A stretch of 64,000 nucleotides of DNA from a virus (lineage: Duplodnaviria; Caudoviricetes). Each line of letters begins with the position of its first letter. Within the stretch, counting starts at the first letter, position 1. Shown piece after piece: positions 36,583-46,505 of the stretch. Under the pieces are notes generated by a model, which saw nothing but the letters and a program-made list of their open reading frames with translations, was not told where the DNA came from and made no database searches. The translations under genes were made by a program, and so were the position numbers. The DNA is taken from the IMG/VR virus record IMGVR_UViG_3300031784_000002. One strand, 5' to 3'.

Positions 36583-37583
36583 GTCTTATTGACACCAAAT
36601 ACATTGGATTAGTTTCGGTCAAACTCCAGAAATTTGCAAAAAAGAAGACAGGTTTATATAACTTTCGTTGTCCATATTGCGGAGATTCTGAAAGACATAA
36701 AAATAAAGCCAGGGGATATCTGTATCAACTGAAGAACGATCATAACTTCAAGTGTCACAACTGTGGCGTCTCCAGAACCTTCACAAACTTCCTGAAGGAT
36801 GTTGACCCCGCATTGCATGATCAATACGTCTTTGAGAGGTATAAGGCTGGTGCCACCGGCAAAGGATCAAACACTCCAGAACCCCAAGTGTTTAAATTTG
36901 ATAAACCAGTTTTTACTCAAAAGGATTTTGATCTGCCAAAAATTTCAGAACTAAATACAACACACCCCGCAAGACAATTTTTAGACAACCGAAGAATTCC
37001 CGTTAAGTATCTGGGCGAACTTTACTTCGCCGAAAAGTTCAAGGAATGGACTAATTCTCAAAAATATACTTTTGAAAATCTAAAGAATGAAGAACCAAGG
37101 ATCATAATTCCCTTAAAGAATCACGGAAAGATATTCGGGTTTCAGGGGAGATCGCTCAATCCAAAATCAAAACTTAAGTACATCACAATCATTTTGGATG
37201 ACCACCACCCCAAGATCTATGGTTTGGATAAGGTTGACTGGAATAAAACGGTTTATATTGTAGAAGGCCCTTTTGATAGTATGTTCATTGATAACTCTAT
37301 TGCAATGGTCGGTGCAGATATAGACAAGATGTTTTTCGTTTCAAACTTTGAAACAGAATTTGTGATGGTTTACGATAATGAAAAACGAAACAAACAAATT
37401 GTTGATAGAATGGAGAAGGCGATAGATTGGAAATTTCCAATTGTCATTTGGCCTGACACAATACAACAAAAAGACATTAACGATATGATTTTATCTGGAC
37501 TTAACGTTCAATCTATGATAGAATCCAATGTCTATAGTGGATTACAAGCTAAAACAAAACTTACTAGTTGGAAGAAGACATGA
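36579..37583 (+). CDS. gp61: DNA primase gp61
   Basis: CPYCGD...CHNCG zinc finger, FQGR, TOPRIM VEGPFDS, YDNE and KDIND motifs. Confidence 0.95.
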   Translation: MSLIDTKYIGLVSVKLQKFAKKKTGLYNFRCPYCGDSERHKNKARGYLYQLKNDHNFKCHNCGVSRTFTNFLKDVDPALHDQYVFERYKAGATGKGSNTPEPQVFKFDKPVFTQKDFDLPKISELNTTHPARQFLDNRRIPVKYLGELYFAEKFKEWTNSQKYTFENLKNEEPRIIIPLKNHGKIFGFQGRSLNPKSKLKYITIILDDHHPKIYGLDKVDWNKTVYIVEGPFDSMFIDNSIAMVGADIDKMFFVSNFETEFVMVYDNEKRNKQIVDRMEKAIDWKFPIVIWPDTIQQKDINDMILSGLNVQSMIESNVYSGLQAKTKLTSWKKT

Positions 37584-39889
37584 GTAACGGGACCAAAGTT
37601 GTAAAAAGAAACGGAAATACTGAGAACCTGAACCTAGACAAAATTCATAAGATGGTAGAAGAAGCGTGCAGCGGTCTCGCTGGTGTTTCTGCATCTCAAG
37701 TGGAAATGCAGTCAGGTATCCAATTTTATGATGGTATTACCACTGCAGAGATTCAGGAAATCCTGATTCGTTCTGCATCCGATCTTATTGATCTTGAGAC
37801 ACCTAATTACCAATTTGTTGCGGCTAGACTTCTTCTGTTTGGACTTTACAAACAGGTGTTCGGCCCTTCGTGGAATCAAGGTTTTCCTCATATCTATAAT
37901 CACCTAATGCATGGTGCTTGTAGTGGAATTTATGACAAACTTCTCCCCGCAAAGTATTCTGATGAGGAGTGGGAGAAGATTAATTCATGGATTGATCATG
38001 ACCGTGACTTCTTGTTCACTTATGCAGGCCTACGTCAGGTAGTTGACAAGTACCTTGTGCAAGATAGAAGTTCTGGGAATCTTTATGAGACTCCCCAGTA
38101 TATGTACATGTTGATTTCTGCAACAATTTTTGCAGAATATCCCAAAGAGAATAGACTGGACTACGTTCGTAGGTACTACAATGCAATCTCCAAACACCGA
38201 ATCAACATCCCCACTCCCATCATGGCAGGAGTTAGAACACCACTTCGACAATTTGCTAGTTGTGTTCTTGTTGATGTTGATGACACCCTCGATTCTATCT
38301 TTAGCTCTGATATGGCTATTGGTAGGTATGTCGCACAAAGGGCGGGTATCGGTATCAACGCAGGTCGCATCAGGGGCATCAACGCTAAAATCAGAGGTGG
38401 AGAAGTACAGCATACAGGCGTTGTTCCATTTCTCAAAAAGTTTGAAGCAACTGTCCGATGCTGCACTCAAAATGGCATCCGAGGTGGATCAGCAACTGTC
38501 CACTTCCCAATCTGGCACAAAGAAATAGAAGATATTATTGTTCTTAAGAATAATAAAGGAACCGAAGATAATCGTGTTCGTAAACTAGATTATTCAATTC
38601 AATTCTCCAGACTTTTTTATGAAAGATTCATTAATGATGAGGAAATGTCCCTCTTCTCACCTCATGATGTACAGTCAGTTTCTGATGCTTTCGGGCTTCC
38701 TGAGTTTGATGATCTCTATTTGGCTGCAGAACGAGATGAGTCTATTCCAAGAAAAACTGTCCGCGCTCAAGAACTTATTCTGAGTATTCTAAAAGAACGT
38801 GCGGAAACGGGTCGTATTTACATTATGAATATTGACCATTGTAACTCTCACTCATCGTTCATTGATAAGGTGTGGATGAGTAATCTCTGTCAGGAAATCA
38901 CTCTTCCTACAGATCCCATTCAACATATTGATGATGCTGCGGGTGAGATTGCGCTTTGTATTCTTTCTGCAGTTAACGTTGGTAAGATTCGTGAACTTGA
39001 TGATCTTGAAGAACTTTGTGATCTTGCAGTTCGTAGTCTTGAAGAGTTGATTGATTATCAGGAGTACCCAGTTAATGCTGCAGAACTTGCTACCAAAGCT
39101 CGCAGGTCTCTTGGAGTTGGATACATTGGACTTGCACACTACTTTGCAAAACATGGAGTCAAGTATGATTCTCAACAAGCTTGGGACATGACTCATGAGT
39201 TGACTGAATCATTCCAGTACTATCTACTCAAATCTTCTAATCAGTTGGCCAAAGAAAAGGGTGCTTGTACTGACTTCAATCGTACAAAATATTTTGAGGG
39301 ACATCTTCCTATTGATACATACAAGAAGGACGTAGACGAAATTTCATCCGTCGATTACAATCATGATTGGGAAAGTCTTAGAACATCCATCCTGGAACAC
39401 GGTCTCAGGCACTCAACATTGTCCGCACAGATGCCATCGGAGAGCAGTTCCGTTGTGTCAAATGCAACCAACGGTATCGAACCACCTCGCGGATACTTGT
39501 CCGTTAAGAAGTCTAAGAAAGGTCCACTCAAACAAATCGTACCTCAGTATGGATCACTCAAAAATAATTATACTCTTCTATGGGACATGCCTGACAACAC
39601 TGGTTATATTAACGTCGTTGCCGTCATGCAAAAGTTTTTTGACCAAGCCATCAGTGGAAACTGGTCCTACAATCCAGAAAACTACGCAGACAATGAAGTT
39701 CCAGTCTCAGTAATGGCTCAAGATCTTCTCAGAACTTACAAGTTTGGATGGAAGACGAGTTATTATCAGAACACTTATGATCATAAGACTGATGAGGTAA
39801 AAGAAGATACCACTAAACAACAGTTGGATAAATTAGTTGAGGAAATTATGAATTCTAGTGAGGAAGATTGTGAAAGTTGCAAAATCTAG
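37580..39889 (+). CDS. nrdA: Class Ia ribonucleotide reductase alpha subunit
   Basis: ATP cone (VVKRNG), QFASCVL, SNLCQEI, QMPSESSS and a C-terminal CESC. Confidence 0.97.
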   Translation: MSNGTKVVKRNGNTENLNLDKIHKMVEEACSGLAGVSASQVEMQSGIQFYDGITTAEIQEILIRSASDLIDLETPNYQFVAARLLLFGLYKQVFGPSWNQGFPHIYNHLMHGACSGIYDKLLPAKYSDEEWEKINSWIDHDRDFLFTYAGLRQVVDKYLVQDRSSGNLYETPQYMYMLISATIFAEYPKENRLDYVRRYYNAISKHRINIPTPIMAGVRTPLRQFASCVLVDVDDTLDSIFSSDMAIGRYVAQRAGIGINAGRIRGINAKIRGGEVQHTGVVPFLKKFEATVRCCTQNGIRGGSATVHFPIWHKEIEDIIVLKNNKGTEDNRVRKLDYSIQFSRLFYERFINDEEMSLFSPHDVQSVSDAFGLPEFDDLYLAAERDESIPRKTVRAQELILSILKERAETGRIYIMNIDHCNSHSSFIDKVWMSNLCQEITLPTDPIQHIDDAAGEIALCILSAVNVGKIRELDDLEELCDLAVRSLEELIDYQEYPVNAAELATKARRSLGVGYIGLAHYFAKHGVKYDSQQAWDMTHELTESFQYYLLKSSNQLAKEKGACTDFNRTKYFEGHLPIDTYKKDVDEISSVDYNHDWESLRTSILEHGLRHSTLSAQMPSESSSVVSNATNGIEPPRGYLSVKKSKKGPLKQIVPQYGSLKNNYTLLWDMPDNTGYINVVAVMQKFFDQAISGNWSYNPENYADNEVPVSVMAQDLLRTYKFGWKTSYYQNTYDHKTDEVKEDTTKQQLDKLVEEIMNSSEEDCESCKI

Positions 39890-39908
39890 TAAAGAACAGG
39901 AGTTACAA

Positions 39909-41054
39909 ATGGTACAAGGAATGACCGTATTCAACACCAGCACCGATGTTGATACCCGCAAACAACCAATGTTTTTTGGACAACCACTAGGTTTGCAACG
40001 TTATGATCACTACAAATATCCAGTATTCGACAAGTTGACCCAACAACAACTTGGATATTTCTGGAGGCCTGAAGAGGTCTCCCTCCAAAAGGATCGTGGT
40101 GATTATCAATCTCTTCGTCCTGAACAGAAACACATCTTCACTTCTAACTTGAAGTATCAGATCATGCTCGATTCTGTTCAGGGTCGTGGTCCTGGTATGG
40201 CATTCATTCCTTATTGTTCTCTTCCTGAACTAGAGGCATGTATGGAAGTGTGGGGGTTTATGGAGATGATTCATAGCCGTTCATATACTTACATCATCAA
40301 AAACATTTATTCTGACCCCAGTGAAGTGTTTGATACAATTCTAGATGATGAAAAAATTATGAGCCGTGCAACTAATGTCACCGGTGCTTATGATGATTTC
40401 ATTAATTCCGCACAAGAATATGGAACTTCTAATGCATGGAAGTTTGCACAAGAGGGTGCAGGATATTCTAGAGATGAACGTATGGAATTAAAAAGAAAAC
40501 TTTATCGTGCTATCGCAAATGTCAATATTCTCGAAGGTATCAGGTTTTACGTCTCGTTCGCTTGCAGCTTTGCGTTTGGTGAACTCAAGCTTATGGAAGG
40601 ATCCGCTAAAATTATCTCTCTCATCGCAAGAGACGAAAATCAGCACCTTGTCATTACTCAGAACATCCTCAATAAGTGGCGCGAAGGCGATGATCCAGAA
40701 ATGCAACAAATTGCTAGAGAAGAGGAGGCGTGGGTAAATACTGCGTTTGAAAATTGCGTTAATGAGGAAAAGTCTTGGGCCAAGTATTTGTTCAAAGATG
40801 GTTCTATGATTGGTTTGAATGATAAACTTCTCAATAATTATGTTGAGTGGATTGCAAATCGTCGTATGAAGTCGATTGGATTGAAACCACTTTACGATAT
40901 TCCTGCAAAGAACAATCCACTTCCTTGGACTGAACACTGGATTTCTTCTAAGGGTCTTCAGGTAGCCCCACAAGAAACAGAAGTTGAGTCTTATGTTGTC
41001 GGTGGCATCAAACAGGATGTAAAAAAAGATACTTTTGCAGGATTCAAACTCTGA
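39909..41054 (+). CDS. nrdB: Class Ia ribonucleotide reductase beta subunit
   Basis: FWRPEEV, EMIHSRSY, LEGIRFY, IARDENQH and APQETEVESY motifs. Confidence 0.96.
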   Translation: MVQGMTVFNTSTDVDTRKQPMFFGQPLGLQRYDHYKYPVFDKLTQQQLGYFWRPEEVSLQKDRGDYQSLRPEQKHIFTSNLKYQIMLDSVQGRGPGMAFIPYCSLPELEACMEVWGFMEMIHSRSYTYIIKNIYSDPSEVFDTILDDEKIMSRATNVTGAYDDFINSAQEYGTSNAWKFAQEGAGYSRDERMELKRKLYRAIANVNILEGIRFYVSFACSFAFGELKLMEGSAKIISLIARDENQHLVITQNILNKWREGDDPEMQQIAREEEAWVNTAFENCVNEEKSWAKYLFKDGSMIGLNDKLLNNYVEWIANRRMKSIGLKPLYDIPAKNNPLPWTEHWISSKGLQVAPQETEVESYVVGGIKQDVKKDTFAGFKL

Positions 41055-41091
41055 TCTAAATATTAGTAACAACTGAATTGAAATAAGTTTT

Positions 41092-41658
41092 ATGTCTACT
41101 CAAACCAAAATTCCGAGGGTAGTTTCAGAAGAACTACCCTCAAATCCTTTTACATTTGAAGTTCTTGCTCTTGCAGCAAAACAGAAATCAAATACAAAAA
41201 AGTCAGAAATTCTCCAAAAATATTCTGATCCATCACTCAAAACAATTTTAATTTGGAACTTTGATGAAACGATTGTTTCTCTTCTTCCAGAAGGATTAGT
41301 TCCTTATTCAAGTGTAGGTCAACAAAATGTGAGTTCTGGAAATTTAAGTGATAACATCCAGAGATCTGTTGAAATGATGAGTGACTTAGGTTCTAATTCT
41401 ATTGGATCTCAGGATCAGGGTAGGACTTCTATCAGAAAAGAATATACTTACTTTTATAATTTTGTAAAAGGTGGAAATGATCGTCTTTCAAGTATGAAGA
41501 GAGAGACTATGTTTATTAGTATTCTTGAAGGTCTTCATCCTCTTGAGGCTGAAATTCTTATGCTTGTTAAGGATAAGAAACTTCAAACTAAGTATAATAT
41601 TTCTAAAGAAAATGTCTCGGCTGCCTATTCGGATATCCAATGGGGTGGGAGATCATAA
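41092..41658 (+). CDS. Conserved T4-like cyanophage hypothetical protein
   Basis: LIWNFDE...LPEG.VPY...KRETMFISILEGLHPLEAEIL...WGGRS pattern. TAAATA at 41057. Confidence 0.7.
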   Translation: MSTQTKIPRVVSEELPSNPFTFEVLALAAKQKSNTKKSEILQKYSDPSLKTILIWNFDETIVSLLPEGLVPYSSVGQQNVSSGNLSDNIQRSVEMMSDLGSNSIGSQDQGRTSIRKEYTYFYNFVKGGNDRLSSMKRETMFISILEGLHPLEAEILMLVKDKKLQTKYNISKENVSAAYSDIQWGGRS

Positions 41659-41687
41659 ATATCTTTAGAAACAGTATCTGAAAGAAT

Positions 41688-44600
41688 ATGGCCAGACAGG
41701 GTATTAATACGGGAACAAGTCCTAATGATGGATTGGGTGATTCCCTGTTAACTGGTGCTATTAAAATAAACTCAAATTTTTCTGAGATTTATAATACTTT
41801 TGGAGATGGGAATAACCTAGTGAGTTACTCAAACTCTTCGGGTATATCAACGTATTCAAACATTTCTGGCGTATCCACATATTCAATTACTTCAGGTATT
41901 GCAACTTACTCCCCAACTTCTGGAGTAAGTACTTATGCATCTATTGCAGGATATTCTACATCTTCCGGAATATCTACAGTTTCACAAGGACTTACAGGAA
42001 CACCTAATCTCAATGTTGGTGTTGTAACTGCAACTTCCTATATCGGATCAGGATCAAATCTAACAGGAGTCATAACATCATTAGTTGCAGGATCCAACGT
42101 TACAATTACTCAGTCATCTGGAATTGCAACAATAAGTGCTTCTGGAAGTGGTGGAGGTGGATCTGGAGATTATTCTATAATTGCTGGATATTCAACATCT
42201 TCTGGAATTTCTACCGTCGCACAAGGACTTACCGGAACTCCAAGTATTAATGTGTACAATGTGGGAGTTGCTTCTGCGATTAATGTTGGTGCAGCCTCAA
42301 CATTCCAAAAATCTGTTCATTTCGAAAGTACTCTATTGATCGGAGATACTGATGAATTGCAGATTTTTCATGACGGAAATAATAGTTATATCGATAATTC
42401 AAGTGTAGGTAACTTAATAATCCGAGATAGTGGTACTGGAATCCAATTAAAGAAGACTTCTGGTGCTTTGATGGGAGTCTTCAATAATGATGCTGGAGTT
42501 GAGTTATATTATAACGGAGTATTAAAATTCCAAACTTTCCAGAACGGAGTCGCAATTAATGAATCTGTAGGTATTGGAAGCACTGCAGGTAACCCACCAT
42601 ACAGACTTACAGTGAGTGGTGTGGGTGCAACTATTACTCAAGGTCTTGCGAATGCAATTGCTGATTTTACTTCTAGTGTTAATGGGTATGGTCAGGTAAA
42701 TGTAAGAAACTCATTATCTGGTGCAAATGCTTCTGGTGATATTGTTGTAACTGCAAATAGTGGCACAGACACATCTAATTTTATTGATCTTGGTATTAAT
42801 AACGCAGGATTTACCACAACTAGTTGGACAATTAATGGTGCATTAGATGGATACTTATATACCTCTGATGGGAACCTATCAATAGGTGCAGCGTCTGCAA
42901 GTAAATATCTTTCTTTATTTGCTGGTGGAACTTTAGCCGCAAATGAACAAGTAAGAGTAACTTCTACAGGTGTTGGTATAGGCACCACAAATCCAACTAG
43001 TAAATTAACAGTTACTGGTGATGTTAATATTACTGGTGTCGTCACCGCAACATCATTCTCTGGTTCTGGTTCTGGATTAACCAATATTCCATCAGGTCAA
43101 TTAACAGGAGCACTTCCTGCGATTGATGGTAGTGCTCTTACTGGTATTGTTGCGAGTAGTACTGGTGTTAATATTAGGGATGATGGGTCTTCAGTAGGAA
43201 CAGCAACAACTATTGATTTTGGAGCAAACTTAAGTGTAAGTTTTGCTTCTGGTACTGCTACTATTACTGGATCTAGTGGTGGTGGATCTCAAACTCTTGA
43301 TACTACATTAGGTCTTGGAAATACTTCTTCACTTGGAATGAGTGTTGGTGTAGTGACTGCTACAGAATTCATAGGTGGTGGAAGTGATTTAAGAAACCTA
43401 CCAGGAACTCATTTAGTATCCTATGCTTCTCATAGTGAAACTTCTAATTCTGCTTTAAGTATTGCTGGTAGTTCATTTAATCAGGTAGGAATTCTTACTG
43501 GTTCTCTTGCGAGTGCTTCTGGTGATAACTTTGGATATTCAGTAGCAACAAGTGCCGATGGTAAGACGATTATTGTTGGTGCTTATAATGATGAGCAAAC
43601 AGGTTCTGGTGATAGTTCTGGTGTTGTTTATGTCTATGACCGTATAGGTAGTTCATTTAATCAGGTAGGAATTCTTACTGGTTCTCTTGCGGTTAATTCT
43701 TTTGATTACTTTGGATGGTCAGTAGCAACAAGTGCCGATGGTAAGACGATTATTGTTGGTGCTTATGGTGATGAGCAAACAGGTTCTGGTGATGCTTCTG
43801 GTGTTGTTTATGTCTTTGACCGTGTAGGAAACTCATTTAATCAGGTAGGAATTTTAACTGGTTCTCTTGCGAGTGATGATGATGATAGATTTGGATATTC
43901 AGTAACAACAAGTGCCGATGGTAAGACGATTGTTGTTGGTGCTAGTCGGGATGAACAAACAGGTTCTGGTTCTGCAGCTGGTGTTGTTTATGTCTTTGAC
44001 CGTATAGGAAACTCATTCAATCAAGTAGGAATTCTTACTGGTTCTCTTGCGGTTGATGCTTCTGATAACTTTGGATGGTCAGTAGCAACAAGTGCCGATG
44101 GTAAGACGATTGTTGTTGGTGTTTTGTTTGATGAACAAGCAGGTTCTGGTGCTAGTTCTGGTGTTGTTTATGTCTATGACCGTGTAGGAAACTCATTCAA
44201 TCAGGTAGGAATTCTTACTGGTTCTCTTGCTGTTAATTCTGGTGATTTCTTTGGATATTCAGTAGCAACAAGTGCCGATGGTAAGACGATTGTTGTTGGT
44301 GCTAGATCTGATGAAATAGGTGCTACTACTGGAACTGGTGTTGTTTATGTCTATGACCGTGTAGGAAACTCATTCAATCAGGTAGGAATTCTTACTGGTT
44401 CTCTTGCTGTTGATTCTGATGATTGGTTTGGATATTCAGTAGCAACAAGTGCCGATGGTAAAACGATTGTTGTTAATGCTTATCAAGATGAACAAACAGG
44501 TTCTGGTGCTAGTTCTGGTGTTGTTTATATTTTTAAAAGACAAGGAAACTCATTTAATCAAGTAGGAATTCTTACTGGTTCTCTTGCGGTTGATGCTTCT

Positions 44601-44966
44601 GATAACTTTGGAAGATCAGTAGCAATAAGTGCCGATGGTAAGACGATTATTGTTGGTGCTAGTTCTGATGAAATAGGTGCTACTACTGGAACTGGTGTTG
44701 TTTATGTCTTTGATGAAACCAGAAATACTTATGTACATTCTGGACCCACTGGTAATATCGGTATAGGAACCACAAATGCAACATCAAAACTTACTATAGG
44801 TGGTGATGTGATTATTACAGGAATTACTACAGTAGGACTTGCAAATACATCGACTCCACCAAGTAATTCTCAAATGAGTTTTGAACTAACAAGTAACACA
44901 AACTTAAGAATCAAAGTTCGTGGTACAGATGGTGTGTTGAGATCTGCAAACATTACACTTGCATAA
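41688..44966 (+). CDS. Tail-fibre/receptor-binding-like protein with a 7-repeat FG-GAP beta-propeller
   Basis: N-terminal MARQGINTGT..NDG.GD.L..GA.KINSNF.EIY virion-attachment-like motif, S/G/T-rich fibre modules and seven repeats (FG.SVA.S.DG.TI.VGA...G.VYVY). ATAAATA at 41655. Confidence 0.8.
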   Translation: MARQGINTGTSPNDGLGDSLLTGAIKINSNFSEIYNTFGDGNNLVSYSNSSGISTYSNISGVSTYSITSGIATYSPTSGVSTYASIAGYSTSSGISTVSQGLTGTPNLNVGVVTATSYIGSGSNLTGVITSLVAGSNVTITQSSGIATISASGSGGGGSGDYSIIAGYSTSSGISTVAQGLTGTPSINVYNVGVASAINVGAASTFQKSVHFESTLLIGDTDELQIFHDGNNSYIDNSSVGNLIIRDSGTGIQLKKTSGALMGVFNNDAGVELYYNGVLKFQTFQNGVAINESVGIGSTAGNPPYRLTVSGVGATITQGLANAIADFTSSVNGYGQVNVRNSLSGANASGDIVVTANSGTDTSNFIDLGINNAGFTTTSWTINGALDGYLYTSDGNLSIGAASASKYLSLFAGGTLAANEQVRVTSTGVGIGTTNPTSKLTVTGDVNITGVVTATSFSGSGSGLTNIPSGQLTGALPAIDGSALTGIVASSTGVNIRDDGSSVGTATTIDFGANLSVSFASGTATITGSSGGGSQTLDTTLGLGNTSSLGMSVGVVTATEFIGGGSDLRNLPGTHLVSYASHSETSNSALSIAGSSFNQVGILTGSLASASGDNFGYSVATSADGKTIIVGAYNDEQTGSGDSSGVVYVYDRIGSSFNQVGILTGSLAVNSFDYFGWSVATSADGKTIIVGAYGDEQTGSGDASGVVYVFDRVGNSFNQVGILTGSLASDDDDRFGYSVTTSADGKTIVVGASRDEQTGSGSAAGVVYVFDRIGNSFNQVGILTGSLAVDASDNFGWSVATSADGKTIVVGVLFDEQAGSGASSGVVYVYDRVGNSFNQVGILTGSLAVNSGDFFGYSVATSADGKTIVVGARSDEIGATTGTGVVYVYDRVGNSFNQVGILTGSLAVDSDDWFGYSVATSADGKTIVVNAYQDEQTGSGASSGVVYIFKRQGNSFNQVGILTGSLAVDASDNFGRSVAISADGKTIIVGASSDEIGATTGTGVVYVFDETRNTYVHSGPTGNIGIGTTNATSKLTIGGDVIITGITTVGLANTSTPPSNSQMSFELTSNTNLRIKVRGTDGVLRSANITLA
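43467..44720 (+). repeat. Seven near-identical coding repeats of about 180 bp
   Basis: gttctcttgc recurs at 43501, 43681, 43861, 44041, 44221, 44398 and 44578. Confidence 0.92.
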
Positions 44967-45000
44967 TCCTAAATAGCAAGGTGTCGCAAAAAATAGTACT

Positions 45001-45672
45001 ATGACCCTAGATCTTCATAACTTTTTTAAGTTTTATGATGAGAAGAACGCCAACCATGTTGCAGCCGTTCAGTGGTTGGAAGATAAACTTCCAGAAAAAT
45101 TCCTAGACGATGCAGAAACTGATTGGATTGGTATTTTTAGAACTAAGCCACCAACTCCAGAAGTTCTTGCAGTTCCATACTTTAACCAAGTAGACAACTA
45201 CAGAGATGCACATAGAACTTGCAACAGTTCATCGTGTGCTATGTGCCTCGCTTTCCTCAAGCCAGGTAGCATCAAAGGCGATGACGAATACGTTAAGAAA
45301 GTATTTGCGATTGGCGATACTACAGACCATGCGGTACAAACGAAGGTACTTGCAGGTTATGGAGTTAAGTCACACTTTAGTTACAATCTTTCTTTTGTTG
45401 ACGTTGATAAAAGTCTCGATGCTGGCAAACCTGTTGTTATTGGTATCCTGCATCGCGGTTCTCTTTCTGCACCTACTGGTGGGCACATGTGTGTTGTAAT
45501 CGGTAAGACACCAGACGGTAAAGGATACTATGTAAATGATCCATATGGTTCGTTGAACGATAACTATACTGGTCCAGTTACAAATGGTAAGAAGACCATT
45601 TACACCAAAGCAGTTCTTAAGCATCGCTGGTGCCCAGGTGGCAACGATGGTTGGGGTCGTATTTTTGACTGA
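45001..45672 (+). CDS. C39-like cysteine peptidase (putative endolysin/amidase)
   Basis: Q...TCNSSSCAM nucleophile, GHMCVVIG histidine and VNDPYG aspartate. TAAATA at 44970. Confidence 0.75.
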   Translation: MTLDLHNFFKFYDEKNANHVAAVQWLEDKLPEKFLDDAETDWIGIFRTKPPTPEVLAVPYFNQVDNYRDAHRTCNSSSCAMCLAFLKPGSIKGDDEYVKKVFAIGDTTDHAVQTKVLAGYGVKSHFSYNLSFVDVDKSLDAGKPVVIGILHRGSLSAPTGGHMCVVIGKTPDGKGYYVNDPYGSLNDNYTGPVTNGKKTIYTKAVLKHRWCPGGNDGWGRIFD

Positions 45673-45690
45673 TACTAAAGGAGAACAATC

Positions 45691-46362
45691 ATGGCAAGAG
45701 TAGATTTACACAACTTCTTTCAATTCTATGATGAAAGAAATCCTAATCATGTTAAAGCAGTACAGTGGTTAGAGGACAACCTTCCAGTTGAATATCTTGG
45801 TGATAACGTAGAGTGGGCTGACATTTATCGCGGAAAAAAGACTAGTGCTGCACCAGCATCTGTTCCCGCTGTTGCAGCTCCCGTAACTGGTGGCGATGAT
45901 ATGCCTATGATGGGCATCAAACTCATTAAAGAGTTTGAAGGATGTCATTTAAAAGCATATCCAGATCCTCTGACTGGTGGACTTCCAATCACAATTGGTT
46001 GGGGATCCACCCGTAAGAAAGATGGGTCGCCATTTAAAATGGGAGATACTTTGACCCAACAGGAAGCAGATGAACTTTTAATTGAACAATGTAAGAGAGA
46101 GTTTCTTCCTGCACTTCGTAAAATCCCACATTGGAATGAAATGTCAGATGGAAAAAGAGGCGCTCTGCTCAGCTTTGCTTATAATCTTGGTGCCGGTTTT
46201 TACGGTGGCGATAACTTTAATACTATTACTAAACGCCTGAAAAATAAGGAGTGGGACTTAGTTCCAGATGCTCTTTATCTCTACCGCAATCCTGGTTCTA
46301 ATGTTGAAGCAGGTCTTGCACGTAGAAGAAAATCAGAAGGTGAAGCCTGGAAAAAGGGATAA
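45691..46362 (+). CDS. GH24 lysozyme (endolysin)
   Basis: LIKEFEG...AYPDP...ITIGWGST, ALLSFAYNLG and GLARRRKSE motifs. Confidence 0.9.
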   Translation: MARVDLHNFFQFYDERNPNHVKAVQWLEDNLPVEYLGDNVEWADIYRGKKTSAAPASVPAVAAPVTGGDDMPMMGIKLIKEFEGCHLKAYPDPLTGGLPITIGWGSTRKKDGSPFKMGDTLTQQEADELLIEQCKREFLPALRKIPHWNEMSDGKRGALLSFAYNLGAGFYGGDNFNTITKRLKNKEWDLVPDALYLYRNPGSNVEAGLARRRKSEGEAWKKG

Positions 46363-46505
46363 ATAGTTACAATCATAACTGATTCTTGATCTTAACTGGT
46401 CTGAATCTACATAACCCAAGTCCTCTGTGACTTGGTGAATACTTTACTTTTAAACAACTTCGGTTTGTTTTTGTTTAGTACACACTAAGTAATAGAGGAC
46501 TTTCT
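46359..46505 (+). promoter_or_regulatory. Late promoter plus a long structured 5' leader
   Basis: ATAAATA at 46359. Hairpins at 46381-46407, 46416-46435 and 46452-46470 (cUUCGg). Anti-SD complementarity 46418-46428 to 46492-46502. Confidence 0.55.

Noticed and set aside
20407-41054. Inteins or group I introns in gp43, gp41, nrdA and nrdB
   Set aside because: The ORFs are uninterrupted and of normal length, with no intein splice motifs seen.
43467-44720. Regular repeats considered as a CRISPR array or DGR template/variable pair
   Set aside because: Units are about 180 bp, in frame and coding (FG-GAP). There are no short repeats with unique spacers, no reverse transcriptase and no adenine-specific variation pattern.
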